Part shown: one piece after another, positions 33,661-45,096 of the stretch
Layout of the letters: every line of letters starts with the position of its first letter
Position numbering within the stretch: position 1 is the stretch's first letter
Assembly (NCBI GenBank): GCA_965218785.1
Contig: OZ244650.1
Span: forward strand, 1,600,001 to 1,664,000
Reading direction: 5' to 3'
Source of the DNA: Nitrosopumilus sp.
GTDB lineage: Archaea > Thermoproteota > Nitrososphaeria > Nitrososphaerales > Nitrosopumilaceae
Length of the DNA stretch: 64,000 bases
The notes under the pieces: generated by a model
What the model was told of the DNA's origin: nothing
The model's database searches: none
Seen by the model: only the letters and a program-made list of their open reading frames with translations
Program-made: the position numbers and the translations under genes

Positions 33661-34533
33661 TTGCAAATCAAAGAAATTTTAAAAAAAATCAAAAAAGTAG
33701 ATATTAAAACAAAACACCTGGTAGATGGAATCATTTCAGGAAATTACAATTCCATTTTCAAGGGACAGGGAATAGAATTTTCTGAAATCAGGGAGTATCG
33801 AGCCGGAGACGATATACGGACAATAGATTGGAATGTAACTGCCAGATTCAATCGCCCTTACATCAAGGAGTTTATCGAAGAAAGAGATCTGCAAGTCTAC
33901 TTTATTATTGACATATCAGGATCCGGAAGTTTTGGTACAGATATCTCAAAGAAGGAAAAATCACTAGAGATAACTGCCAGTCTCATGTTTGCCGCACTGA
34001 GAAACAATGACGGTGTGGGCATCTTTCTTACTACAGACAAGATAGAAAAATTCGTTCCTGCAAGAAAAGGAAGAAGGCATGTTCTGCAGTTGTTGAATAT
34101 TATTACCACATTTACGCCCAATTCAACAAAAACCAACCTGAAAAAATCCCTTGAACGTGTATCTAAGACCATTAAGAGAAAAAGCATTGTTTTTGTAATT
34201 TCAGATTTTATTGATCATAGTGATTATCTAAAACCTCTCAAACTATTACGAAGACACCATGATGTCATCGCTTTGAGAATCATGGATCCCAGAGAAAAGG
34301 AGATTCCAGATGTTGGAATGATAGAGCTCGAAGATGAAGAGACCGGTGAACAGATTCTTGTAGATACGTCAGATGAGGAGTTTCGAAATTCATATTCTAG
34401 ATTGATTGCTGAAAATGATTTACAGTTTCAAAATGGCATGATAAAAATCAGGGTTGGCGTAATTCCCCTACTGACAGGACAGGACTATTCAACATCGCTG
34501 AGAAAATTCTTCAAGAGGAGGACCAGTCAATAA
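33661..34533 (+). CDS. DUF58 (vWA-like) protein
   Basis: GIEFSEIREYRAGDDIRTIDWNVTAR, ISDF. Confidence 0.9.
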   Translation: MQIKEILKKIKKVDIKTKHLVDGIISGNYNSIFKGQGIEFSEIREYRAGDDIRTIDWNVTARFNRPYIKEFIEERDLQVYFIIDISGSGSFGTDISKKEKSLEITASLMFAALRNNDGVGIFLTTDKIEKFVPARKGRRHVLQLLNIITTFTPNSTKTNLKKSLERVSKTIKRKSIVFVISDFIDHSDYLKPLKLLRRHHDVIALRIMDPREKEIPDVGMIELEDEETGEQILVDTSDEEFRNSYSRLIAENDLQFQNGMIKIRVGVIPLLTGQDYSTSLRKFFKRRTSQ

Positions 34534-35483
34534 TGGCCGGCTTTGATAACCAGTTTATTCTGGTTTTTCTTTTATTCATACCTGTATTGTTTTATCTATA
34601 CAACAAGGTCCTGACAAAAAAGAAAAAGGCGGCAATAAAATTCAGTAATTTATCATATATCAAATCCGCACTAGGAAACAAAAAGAAAACCAGAAGGGAT
34701 TCCATGCTGTTTTACGTATCCATTGCAGTCATTACATTAATGGTTATCGGGTTTGCAGATCCGCATATTCCATTAGAGCAGACCAAGGAAGGTGTCAACG
34801 TGATTCTAGTACTTGATGTTTCTGGAAGTATGCTGGCAGCGGATTATCCACCCAACAGATTGGAATCTGCAAAAAAATCCGCAGAGATATTACTGGATTC
34901 CCTTCAACAAAAAGACAATGCAGGCATTGTAATTTTTGAAACAGGCGCCACTACTGCTGCATATCTTAGTCCATACAAAGACAAGGTAATAGACAAACTC
35001 AGATTAATTCTACCAAGAGAGGGAAAGACTGCCATCGGGGACGGATTAAGTCTTGGAATTGATATGGCCACATCTGTACCCAATAAACAAAAAGTGGTCA
35101 TTCTTCTCAGTGACGGAGTTAACAATGCAGGCGTGATTACTCCTGCCGAGGCAGTCGCATTTGCCAAATCTAATGAGATCCAAGTATACACCATAGGACT
35201 GGGCTCAGAAGATAGGGTGATACTGGGATATGACCTTTTTGGAAGGATTCAATATGCAGAGCTAGACGAGGCAACCCTCAAAGCAATCGCTGAAAATACC
35301 GGCGGCAAGTATTTCAAATCAATAGATTCTACGACCCTGGATGATATCTACAAAAACATCAGCCAGGACATCAAACGGGAACAGGAGGATACCAGTATCA
35401 AGGACTGGTTCTTTGCTGCATCACTTGGTTTGTTCTTTGTTCAAATCTACATGAGATATGGAAAGGGACGTATTATACAATGA
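34533..35483 (+). CDS. BatA-like membrane vWA protein
   Basis: DVSGSM MIDAS, TAIGDG, LLSDG, YTIGLG; N- and C-terminal TM. Confidence 0.9.
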   Translation: MAGFDNQFILVFLLFIPVLFYLYNKVLTKKKKAAIKFSNLSYIKSALGNKKKTRRDSMLFYVSIAVITLMVIGFADPHIPLEQTKEGVNVILVLDVSGSMLAADYPPNRLESAKKSAEILLDSLQQKDNAGIVIFETGATTAAYLSPYKDKVIDKLRLILPREGKTAIGDGLSLGIDMATSVPNKQKVVILLSDGVNNAGVITPAEAVAFAKSNEIQVYTIGLGSEDRVILGYDLFGRIQYAELDEATLKAIAENTGGKYFKSIDSTTLDDIYKNISQDIKREQEDTSIKDWFFAASLGLFFVQIYMRYGKGRIIQ

Positions 35484-37024
35484 ATAAATTATGCTGGTTT
35501 TTCCTGTTACTTTTAACTCCGCTCCCGGCCGTATTTGCAGAGGACATTGTGATGTACGTTGATCAGTCTGAATATTATTTCAGGATGGGGGAAAACGCCG
35601 TAATCCCCCTAGAAATTCAAAACAGTCATGGACGTCAGATATCAGGGATGTTGCAGTATGCAACTACACAGCAGATTGAACAGACAAATACGCAATATTC
35701 AATCTCCAATTCCCAATCAACTACACTAGCTATTAATGATGGAATACAGACAATCTCGCTGGATTTTGGAACCAGCAATTCACCGTCCACCATCATAGCA
35801 GACCTGAGTTTTATCTACAACAACGGTACCCAGATCAACGTATTTTTGGATCCCGTCACAATTCATTTTGTTGCAGATGACTCTCAAAAAAACAACACGC
35901 AAAACAGAATGCAGAGCTCATCTGAACAGGGGGCAGCATCATCTGCCCAGAACAACCCCTCAAATCCACAGCAATCTTTGCAGCAAAGCCTGGATGACCT
36001 GATAAATCAACAGTCTCCCCCGACACAAGACCCCCAACAAAGGCTGCAAAATAATCAATTAAATCAAGACAGTAATGCACTGAAAAAAGAGATCCAAGAG
36101 CAGTTACAAGAAGAAAACAACCTCAAAAAGGCATTTGAAAGTGAGCTTGCATCAAATGAAGATTTTCAAGAATCCCACCAGCAGTTATTACAGCAAGGAT
36201 ACGACGTAACTGACGGGGATTTTAATCCAAGTTCCCCAGAAACAGGGGATTTTGAAGTAAATTATCAAAATGAGCAGGGAGAATGGGGCAAAATTCAGGG
36301 AAGCATGGAAGATGGGGTCATAACTGAGATGCAAACGCAGACTCAGGAAGAGACAGAGGATTTGTTAGAGCAGCTCAGAGCAGATCCAAGGTTTCAGCAA
36401 TATGATGAAGAGCTGGGAATTGATAGTTTTTTTGAACAAAACATAGAATTTATGCAGGATGCCAACAAAACAACAATTCAGGTACAATACAATAATGAAA
36501 ATAATCAAACCGCAACTATCTTTGGGGAATTTGAATCTGAGATCATTGAAAATGTATTTCTAGAAAAACCAGATGACGGCATTTCCAATTGGATTTTTCT
36601 AGTCCTTGTCTTGTTTGCTGCAATAGCATCCTATGTTGTGTACAGGCTCTATAAACGCAGCAAAAAAGAGCCCGTTCTAGTTTCTGCCCCCAAGACGGTA
36701 CCACAGCCGTATGACAATGCCCTGGCAGTGGAAAAATTAATCAGGGAGGGAAAGGAAAATTTTGAGAATGGTAATTACAAGGATGCATATGGAAAAATCA
36801 ATCAGGCATTAAGGTTATTTCTAAGTCACGAGTTACACCTCAAAAAAGAGATTACAAATGAGAATATCTTGCAGCACGTCCCAAAAGAGTCTTACATAAT
36901 TTCAGATATCAAAGAATGTTTTAGAATTGCAAGCTTGGTTGAATTTGCAAAGTATGCGCCAAATCAGGATGATTTTTCCAGGATGGTTTTAATTACTGAA
37001 GATATTGTCTATAAAAAATCCTGA
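35480..37024 (+). CDS. Membrane-anchored Gln-rich protein of the MoxR/vWA operon
   Basis: Signal peptide, Q/N-rich region, TM, LVEFAKY tail as in Bat-operon partners. Confidence 0.75.
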   Translation: MNKLCWFFLLLLTPLPAVFAEDIVMYVDQSEYYFRMGENAVIPLEIQNSHGRQISGMLQYATTQQIEQTNTQYSISNSQSTTLAINDGIQTISLDFGTSNSPSTIIADLSFIYNNGTQINVFLDPVTIHFVADDSQKNNTQNRMQSSSEQGAASSAQNNPSNPQQSLQQSLDDLINQQSPPTQDPQQRLQNNQLNQDSNALKKEIQEQLQEENNLKKAFESELASNEDFQESHQQLLQQGYDVTDGDFNPSSPETGDFEVNYQNEQGEWGKIQGSMEDGVITEMQTQTQEETEDLLEQLRADPRFQQYDEELGIDSFFEQNIEFMQDANKTTIQVQYNNENNQTATIFGEFESEIIENVFLEKPDDGISNWIFLVLVLFAAIASYVVYRLYKRSKKEPVLVSAPKTVPQPYDNALAVEKLIREGKENFENGNYKDAYGKINQALRLFLSHELHLKKEITNENILQHVPKESYIISDIKECFRIASLVEFAKYAPNQDDFSRMVLITEDIVYKKS

Positions 37025-37127
37025 CAAGTACTGGCCGAGTCTTCATCCAAGAAGACAGTTGACACACCAAACCCACCATCAGATTTCAAAACAACAGATT
37101 AAATTATAACATGGCACCGCGTATATC

Positions 37128-37469
37128 ATGAAAGATATGAGACTCTTAACCGGATTAGGCATTATTACATCTATCAGCTTTGTAATATTTTTATTGGCTA
37201 GTCTAAATAATTATCCGCCGATATTTTACAGTACAATTATAGCAATATCATTAATGACTGCATTTTCTGCACTTACTACGGCAATAGCAAGCCGGGTGAT
37301 TTTCAAAAAAAACAAGCCGTACCATATAATGAATTCAGCAATGATATCTTTTATGATTAGCCTGCCACTATCCGTAATACTAGGTCCGCTTGGCGCAATT
37401 GCAATAGCTTCTACCATAGGTACAAGTTTTTCATTTATTATGAAAAAATACCGATATGCTGATGCGTAA
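37128..37469 (+). CDS. Small membrane protein
   Basis: 113 aa with 3-4 hydrophobic segments. Confidence 0.65.
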   Translation: MKDMRLLTGLGIITSISFVIFLLASLNNYPPIFYSTIIAISLMTAFSALTTAIASRVIFKKNKPYHIMNSAMISFMISLPLSVILGPLGAIAIASTIGTSFSFIMKKYRYADA

Positions 37470-37520
37470 ATGTTGTTTCCAACATGTATGCCGGTGATTT
37501 TACCGGCATTGATTTTCTCA
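37470..37520 (+). terminator. Twin hairpins followed by T-rich tract
   Basis: atgttg-tttc-caacat and atgccggt-gatttt-accggcat right after the stop codon. Confidence 0.35.
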
Positions 37521-37779
37521 ATTTCTTTTTATACAATAATGGTTATTTCATATTTGTCGCCTCTGTTTTATCAACTGGTGTCATTTCATTAGGATGTGGT
37601 TGGTTTGAGGATGCGATTATTAGGATCTTTTTTAACTTGACATAGTTAATCTTTGAAATTTGTTAATTATATCCTGTTGCCAGTCCCCCACTTTAAGATC
37701 ATAATCGTACGTCCCGGTCACGACTCGTATACTGCCATCAGGGATCTCAATGCCATGTCATAGGTTCTTTTCATGTGTG

Positions 37780-37854
37780 TGTAAGTACAATTCAGATTGT
37801 TTTGATCTGGAAAAATTGTATGTGTAATTGAATTAAAGTCCCGCCAGAATTTAA
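37780..37854. repeat. Dispersed element D, copy 2
   Basis: Matches 26101-26183; core at 37787-37816. Confidence 0.88.
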
Positions 37855-39849
37855 CGCGTTTGATCCTTTTCTAGCAGATACAGCGCCTTTGCGGCCTCGC
37901 TTTGCATCTTTTGTATTATCTCGGGATCATTTAACTTGTCAATTCTGGCGTTGTACTGGTAGGAAAATGCCGGATCCGGCGTGCTCTGTATGCTGCTGCT
38001 ATCCCACACCAGCACTGCACGCTCTGCCTCGTATCGTACTAGCTCATCAAAGTTGTTGTTGATTCTAGTCATGACAGACATTGTAGAATCTTTTGGTTCC
38101 ACATATGGCGTGCGTGTTAATTGTAACCAGGTATCATGATCGTTTTGGGTCCAAGTGTTGCCGTTGTTGTCAGTCCAGATGTCTTTTACCTTGTCTGTTC
38201 TTACCAGATCCAGCACCTGAACATTGCTGCCCTCTATCTTTTTACCGGTATGGAATGTGTATTCCGGCGGGGCATTTAGCGATTTTCCGACTATGGCCAG
38301 TCCCTCATTAAGATAGTTTGTAGAGGAGAGTCTCTTGGTATCAACTACTTCAATTACAAATGGTTCTGAATAAAACACGTCACGGAACATTACATCATTA
38401 ATGTGAACTACAAGACAGTCCTTTTCAATACCCTCTATACAGGACTCTGTACTAAGTGATATGTTTGATTCATCCACGACATCAATTACATTCTCTAGGT
38501 TGTTTTGCGTATCTACTGATTCTATTGCATATCCCGTATCAGATTTAGAGTCCTGGTGATAATTCTACTACGATTAGTGCCTCAGCAGTGTTTATCGATG
38601 CTCCCACCTCCTCTACGCCGAATCCCAGCTGGAGCATCTGTAATGGGTAGTTGCTGTATGGTTTTAACGTAAAGTCATGTGTTGTACCTGCCTGTATCGT
38701 CTGTCTCTGGTATTCCGTGTGGTACTCCATCACATCACGGCATGTGCCGTCCATGCTGAATCCACAGGAGACTAGCTGGTTTTGTTTCAGTGGGGACTTG
38801 CCAAAGTGTGGTCTTGACTGATCAATGTTGCCGCTGTCACCGCCGCCACCGGCACTTCGTGGAGCTATTGGTCCTAGTCCACGCGTGTGAGGTCTTTCAC
38901 AAAACTCGTTGCCAATTGTCACAGACTATCCATCAGGCGTGCCATCAAACACCACTACAGTCTCTGGTATACCGGAACAGCTTGTAGACAGGGCTCCAAT
39001 TGCGTTTCCACTATGATCACCGTCTTCATGATATGTGATTGTGCCATTAAAGAGGGATGTTAATGGTGCTCCCATAAAATCAGGAGCAGGACGTGCTCCA
39101 TTGTCCTCTAATAATTGTGCAGTTAATACTATGCTAGCTCCATCTGCAGGATACATTATGTTGATGTTGTCTATAGATTCCTGATCTATGCTCCATCCGT
39201 CTGGCGGAGTATATGCGGGTACATCATCATATATAGGCGTACCGCCCATATTTACAGCTCCCCTATTAGAAGATTCATAACGTGGATTATCTTCCAAGCC
39301 CTCTGGTGCAATACATCGTTTCTGTGTAATGTTCTCATCAGCATCATTTACTTCGGTGATGACCCTCACGTATGGGAGAAATAAGAAATCCAGAGACTGG
39401 CTACGACCAGGACCTGCATTCGTGGCACTCCCACCATTTAGTGAAATGTTAGGCGGACTATCACAGTCCCATGATAAATAACTGGAAGCACCGATTATGT
39501 TTACTGCATGATTATTAATGGTAAATCCAGGATCGAGAGTAATTGTGGCATTTTGCACAAAATTGACAGTAAGGCTAGATATATTGTGTAGACGAATCTC
39601 TGCACGGATATATGGTATATCATATGAATCGTGTCTAACTCCTCCAAACGCATCTATATTCGTGCGTTCGATCCTAGGTAATTCAAGGAATCTATCATTT
39701 TGATTAGGAGCATATGGTGTACTTGTAACATCATCATCAGCGTCTGGTCCGAATATGTATTGAGTATCTACCTGCGCATATGCCACAGGTACTAATACAG
39801 ATAACATAACAAGGCATGCTGCCATTGCGATAAGGGTATATTGTAACAT
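37851..39849 (-). pseudogene. Secreted/surface protein (~665 codons) broken by an in-frame TAG (38926-38928) and a +1 frameshift (~38555)
   Basis: ORFs 38926-39849 and 38545-38922 are in frame across one TAG; shifted frame HQDSKSDTGYAIESV... runs into ORF 37851-38477; C-terminal part resembles a common thaumarchaeal domain. Confidence 0.8.
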
Positions 39850-39959
39850 TGTATGTTTTGTTCCAATCCACCCCTCCTTATAAGCATTAATGGTTTGTGC
39901 GTATTTAACTCAACTCTGAAAAAACTAACACATAAACAGATTTTCAGATGATCGAATCT

Positions 39960-40760
39960 AAAAGCAAGATACCATATAAACAGTCAAGTCGATCCTGTAT
40001 CTCAGGCGGTTTTTCTGTCGTATTTAGCTCCACCCCTCCCTCCCTCCTTCTCTGCCATATCAGAATAACATCACCAGTATCCCAACATGCCCCCACCCTC
40101 GTTCCACCGGCAGTCATAGCCGTTGCGCACATTTATTGGAATTATCAACGGTGGCACATACTGCCAAATTGTTGGTATGCTCTTCCGTGATTCAGTAAAA
40201 TGTGAACGGATTCAGTATTGCATAGTTTGTCTGCAGATCTGCGCCCGTATCCCCGTACACTTCCACTGCTGCGTAAGCTCCGGCAGATGCATGTGCTGCA
40301 AGACCATTTGATTCTGATGCTGTCACTTGGAATCATGATACAAAAACGCATCTCATGTAGAACATGTGCGTCTGCAGGCAGTAATATGTCGTTCTGCCTT
40401 GCGCATATGTGCGACTAGCAGCAGCGTTGCTGCCGTATCTTAAACTATTGTATCTGGAATATACATCCACCATTTAGAACAGCAATACGGAAAATATACG
40501 TCGATTGCCGCCTCTCTGTTTGAAAAAAAGATTAGCACGACACCCGGCGATTCTACCGTAATACATTTTGGAACGCATTCAATGTCCGTTGTCTGTTATA
40601 TGGCGGGTTTATCCTCAGTTTGTACTGTTACATCTGGTATATCTTCCGGTATGAATGAGCGTGTCCCCTCTTGTGGATACCTGTCCTGTCCTTCTTCCGG
40701 GTCTGCCTTGTTTTGGACCGCTCTGATTTGCAGTTTAACATATTTTTGTATGTGGTGGTA
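39960..40760 (-). mobile_element. Possible heavily degraded transposase relic (IS66-like)
   Basis: Scattered fragments (GRPGRRTG, IPEDIPDVTV...CVPKC, YCCSK, ILIWQRR) in different frames; no ends identified. Confidence 0.2.
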
Positions 40761-40843
40761 GTGGGAGGATTAAATGGTAAGAAGGCATCTGTCTCACATC
40801 CAAGCTTCGTCCTTTAGAAATTGAAATTGTTAATGACGCAGGA

Positions 40844-41788
40844 TTATTCAGTTTCTTGCACGGTCTCTTCCTGTACTATGATCGTGCCCTGCATCCATGT
40901 ATGAAGCAGGCAATAGTAGGGAACATTACCGACAGTGTCTGGAACCCATTCAAATGAATCCCCGGACAGCAGGATGTCTGAATCAAATATGTAGCTTGGC
41001 AAAGTGACAAATCCATCAACAGTTCCGGATGTAAACGTATGGACGCCGGTAGTATCAGTGTTTGTCATTACTACCTTTGCACCGACACCAACAGTTGTAG
41101 TATCTGGGGTAAAACAGCCATCTGTCACACAGTCCATACCAAAACCGGATTGTTCTACTGTTCCAATCACTACCGCATTATCTGAAATAGTAGTGGGCGA
41201 TTTCTCTTCATCAAAATCCGGTGCTATACCCACACATTCGCCTTTATAATCCAATTTAACATCAGCGGCATCCAACATGCACATATTTCCATAAATATCA
41301 CCATCAACACCGCAAACCGGCGCATATTCCAAAGTACAGATAGCCGGATCGAGTTCAGGATTGACTGTCATCGTAGTTACTATCCCCCTTGGTTCAGATA
41401 TGCCATCGCCATGGCCCAGACCCTGTAACGTAACCTGAATTTCAATCGGGGATTCATTTAACATTGCAGTTTCATGAATTGGGTGCATGCCAGTATGTCT
41501 ATGAGAACCAGGCTCTGAGAGAATCGTGTTTCCATCCTGCGTGAAAGATATGTCATAATTTACATGATCAACGATTTTTTTACCATCATCTCTGAATTCA
41601 ACTTCAACAATCAGTACATCGCCTGCAGTCTTGGATAAAATATGGGAATTGACAGAAATTTCTTCTTTAGCAAGAACCGGTCTTGGTTCTATGACATCGG
41701 CAGGATCGACTGCAATCAATCCCAAAGATATTGCAACAAGAATGCCAACTGCAACTATAATTCCATAGGAAAAATTCATCTCATCCAC
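40844..41788 (-). CDS. Membrane-anchored Kazal-domain + blue (type 1) copper protein
   Basis: CTLEYAPVCGVDG..YGNMC Kazal motif; HTFTSG...YYCLLHTWM copper site. Confidence 0.88.
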   Translation of the reverse strand: MDEMNFSYGIIVAVGILVAISLGLIAVDPADVIEPRPVLAKEEISVNSHILSKTAGDVLIVEVEFRDDGKKIVDHVNYDISFTQDGNTILSEPGSHRHTGMHPIHETAMLNESPIEIQVTLQGLGHGDGISEPRGIVTTMTVNPELDPAICTLEYAPVCGVDGDIYGNMCMLDAADVKLDYKGECVGIAPDFDEEKSPTTISDNAVVIGTVEQSGFGMDCVTDGCFTPDTTTVGVGAKVVMTNTDTTGVHTFTSGTVDGFVTLPSYIFDSDILLSGDSFEWVPDTVGNVPYYCLLHTWMQGTIIVQEETVQETE

Positions 41789-42269
41789 CTGTCAGCTTTG
41801 CAAACTTTTCGTTCTTACTTAGTTTTTCCATGAACTGGATGTTAGAGAGGGCAACTATTGCTGATTCAACTACCGGTTTATCAGGATCGTTTAGTGCCTT
41901 TTCTAGAGCCTCCTTTGCCTCTTTTGAACCTACGACACCCAGGGCAATTGCAGCTTCATGTCGTACAAACATACTGGGATCATAAAGTGTCGCATCTGCC
42001 AAAGGAGATATTGTACTAGAATAGCACATCTGACCTAGTGAGAATGCAGCCTCATGTCGTACTAGTTCGTTTTCATCATTTTTCAAAACTTTAGCAATAT
42101 GGGGAACCTTGTCTTCTCCGCCAAAATCTACCAGAATACACGTGCTCCTTGTTCGGATCACATAATCAGGATGTTCCAAAAGAGATACAAAATAATCGGT
42201 ATCCTTCTGCTCGTATTTTGCCTCCATTTCAGCAAAAAGTAATAATCTATCCTCAGTTACAGCCTGCAA
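41781..42269 (-). CDS. HEAT/PBS-lyase repeat protein
   Basis: VRHEAAFSLG / VRHEAAIALG repeats. Confidence 0.85.
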   Translation of the reverse strand: MQAVTEDRLLLFAEMEAKYEQKDTDYFVSLLEHPDYVIRTRSTCILVDFGGEDKVPHIAKVLKNDENELVRHEAAFSLGQMCYSSTISPLADATLYDPSMFVRHEAAIALGVVGSKEAKEALEKALNDPDKPVVESAIVALSNIQFMEKLSKNEKFAKLTGG

Positions 42270-42372
42270 TTTGTTTTGGAGTTTCCTGTGTCCTATATTA
42301 GGTTACTCTAGATGGATTTTAAAATCAGTGTAGTTATGTATTTAATGGAAAAAATATGATCATTTACTGGGT

Positions 42373-43035
42373 ATGATGGTAGTAGGCAAAAAAGCACCGA
42401 ATCTGGGAGTCTCAGAATGGGTGCAGGGAGCTCCAACTAATTTTGATCAAGAAAAGGATCATGTTGTTTTAGTGGATGTCTTTCAGGTCAACTGTCCGGG
42501 CTGTTTTATGCATGCAATTCCTGAGGCAATCAACATATACAACAAATACAAAGATGAAGGGGTGCGGGTTTTAGGTATTGCAACTGCCTTTGAGGATTTT
42601 GATAAAAACACACTAGAGAATTTGAAGATGCTTGTAGAAACAGGGGAGGTGATTGGAGAGACCAAAAATTTGCTATCAACACATGGACAGCTGCAGGAGG
42701 GAAGCAGGCTGCCATACAAAATTCCATTTCCAATAGGAATGGACAATCTGACAAAAATTACAGAAGAGATCAATCAGGAAAAAATTATGCAGTTTATCTA
42801 TCCACAAATTCCGGAATTTGACACCCAGCCAGAAGATTACAAAAATCAAATTATTCAAAAAGTCAGGGACTATATGAGATCAAAAGAGTATACGGCTGAA
42901 ACATTTGAAAAATTTTCCCTAAGGGGCACGCCATCTACCATTTTGGTGGACAGAAAGGGAATTCTCAGGGATGTTTCATTTGGACAGTCAGGACAAGTTG
43001 AAGCCATGATTCAAAAATTACTCAAAGAAGACTGA
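42373..43035 (+). CDS. Thioredoxin-like redoxin
   Basis: FQVNCPGC, GTPSTILVDRKG. Confidence 0.85.
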   Translation: MMVVGKKAPNLGVSEWVQGAPTNFDQEKDHVVLVDVFQVNCPGCFMHAIPEAINIYNKYKDEGVRVLGIATAFEDFDKNTLENLKMLVETGEVIGETKNLLSTHGQLQEGSRLPYKIPFPIGMDNLTKITEEINQEKIMQFIYPQIPEFDTQPEDYKNQIIQKVRDYMRSKEYTAETFEKFSLRGTPSTILVDRKGILRDVSFGQSGQVEAMIQKLLKED

Positions 43036-43109
43036 ATCAGCGTATCAAGATAACAGCAATTGATAGGACGACGACAATAACAAATCCTCCAATTAACGCA
43101 ATTTTTGGA

Positions 43110-43673
43110 TTATCCATGTCGTCGTTTCTTTATCTTCATCATGGCATATGCTGCTGCCACTGCAGCAATCAGGGAGCCGGTCAGAGCCCACAATACCAAC
43201 GGAGTTACAAAGGAATCATCTTTTTGCATCGTTAGTTGGATGTTTTGTTCAGGATCATCCCTTTCAGTCAGACCATCAAGATAAACGGTTCCAAAAATAT
43301 CTAGTTTGCTATCTCCAGAGCCTGTAAAATTCAATGTGATAAAAGAAATTTTTGCATTGGAATTTACCTTGGGGAAATATTCCTCCCCATCAAGATAAAA
43401 TGTAAAGTTGCCGCTTAAAAGATTGGCAGGGATGATTATTTCGCCTAAATTATTTTCCAGATTACTTAAAATGAAAAAGCTCAGTCTTTTTTTGGTGTCA
43501 TCAAACTCGTGTTCTATAACATCAAAGTTTGAAACAATTTTTACCTCAAAGATATGACCGCCTGCTTCAACATCAAACCGGTTTACAAGACCGGTCTGAT
43601 CAGAAAGCAGTTGGCCAAATGCAGGATTGATTATCAAAAGTAAAAGTAATGGAATGACTAGGGACAGTTTCAA
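43110..43673 (-). CDS. Exported protein with C-terminal membrane anchor
   Basis: Signal peptide, GEIIIPANLL, C-terminal TM + basic tail. Confidence 0.75.
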   Translation of the reverse strand: MKLSLVIPLLLLLIINPAFGQLLSDQTGLVNRFDVEAGGHIFEVKIVSNFDVIEHEFDDTKKRLSFFILSNLENNLGEIIIPANLLSGNFTFYLDGEEYFPKVNSNAKISFITLNFTGSGDSKLDIFGTVYLDGLTERDDPEQNIQLTMQKDDSFVTPLVLWALTGSLIAAVAAAYAMMKIKKRRHG

Positions 43674-43674
43674 T

Positions 43675-44139
43675 TTATGCAGCTTGGGATACTCGCTTGT
43701 TTAATTCTTTGTCTTGGGCGATTCTTGGATGTTGTGGATCTGCCAGGATAACTTCAAACCAGTAATGCTTTCCATCCTTGTAGATAAAGTAAGAACCTAA
43801 AAGTTTCATGTTTGGATATCTCTCAAGAACCCTTCTTTCTGCGACTGTTTTCATGCTGTCATCTGCCTTGATTCTTGTGACACCGAGATGTTTTGGCCGT
43901 CTTCCACCGGTAGGTCTTTGCTTTCTCATACCGCCTGTTCCAACCCTCATCCTAACAACAATAATACCCTGTTTTGCCTTGTAACCCAGTCTTCTAGCTC
44001 TTTGTATTCTGCTTGGTTTTTCAATTCTGGTGACAGCGTTTTGCTTGCGCCATCCAACCACGCGTTCACGCAGTTCTGGAGCATTTTGTTTCCAGAGCCT
44101 TACCCACACTTGATCCTGATGACTGGACATATCGAGCAT
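43675..44139 (-). CDS. rpl15e: 50S ribosomal protein L15e
   Basis: RARRLGYKAKQG, GRRPK, YWFEVILADP. Confidence 0.95.
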   Translation of the reverse strand: MLDMSSHQDQVWVRLWKQNAPELRERVVGWRKQNAVTRIEKPSRIQRARRLGYKAKQGIIVVRMRVGTGGMRKQRPTGGRRPKHLGVTRIKADDSMKTVAERRVLERYPNMKLLGSYFIYKDGKHYWFEVILADPQHPRIAQDKELNKRVSQAA

Positions 44140-44305
44140 AATAAAATCCCCTTTAATAACTGTAAATCGAAGAACGAGCAGACCACATCGCTTTTGATTG
44201 GAGAAGACTGCTCAAGCTGGGGTGACATCACGCCATTAAACAATCTGCTTGAAATGACGGGGTTCAAAACGACAGGTGCGGTCTGGTTTATGCGTTTTGA
44301 GAACT

Positions 44306-44405
44306 GAAGAAACCAGCACACAGGCAGGTTTTTCAGATCATGATTAGGGATGATTAATGCCAGCTTACGCATTCGGGATTAGTCTGGGATCAATTACACA
44401 AAACT
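44306..44405 (+). repeat. Direct repeat C, left copy (partner 46189-46290)
   Basis: 28 bp identical cacacaggcaggtttttcagatcatgat and gcattcgggat(t)agtctgggatcaat. Confidence 0.88.
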
Positions 44406-44669
44406 TGTATAATTGTACGATTCTGCGAGAGGGGGTTTGCGTCTTTGATTGGATTATATCCCTTTCAAATCCCCCATCATTTTATGATGTGTGAAATAGT
44501 AAAGCCGGTGCTGTTTTTCAAGTATGATACCTGGCAGACGTGCTGGAATGACATTGATGCCGTATAATGTTGCCGTATGCATTGATGATTATGACTTGTC
44601 AGGTGTGCTATGACAGTTATGCCATGATATAAAACACATTAGAGAAACAATGCGGTTTGAGCTGCAAGT

Positions 44670-45000
44670 GTGCAACGTTATGATGCGGAAAAAAAATCTG
44701 AATTAATCTGTCCAATCAAAACATATCCGGTGACACGCAAATATTTGAGATCAGTTTTATCAGACCAAAAACTAGATCATCTGTACAACATGGGATTAAT
44801 CATGCAGGAAGATCTTAAAATTGTACAAAAAAGAAAAAGAATCAAAAGTAAAGCCATAATGCTTGCATACACATGTTTTATGATACAGCAGGAAATGCAG
44901 GATGCGCACATATCTACTAATGTTCAAGTCCACACATCCCTCAATACTGCAAATGATACTTGCCTTTGGGACCAACCCGGACTTGATAATAAAATAATGG
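44670..45000 (+). pseudogene. Probable gene relic; resembles the C-terminal region of archaeal ATP-cone/Mrr-like endonuclease proteins
   Basis: RYDAEKKSELI..KTYPVT..LRSVLS..KLDHLYNMGLIMQEDL; ORF runs implausibly into the parB-like gene. Confidence 0.3.
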
Positions 45001-45096
45001 TCTTTTTGAGTCAATTGACTCATAGATCTTTGCCGTCTTTTGTGATCTGTCTTTCTGAGATTAAATTAATCAGAATTTTTGGGGGATATTATAAGC

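Noticed and set aside
38926-38928. Pyrrolysine/amber read-through
   Set aside because: No pyl genes seen or expected in this lineage; the gene also carries a frameshift, so decay is simpler.
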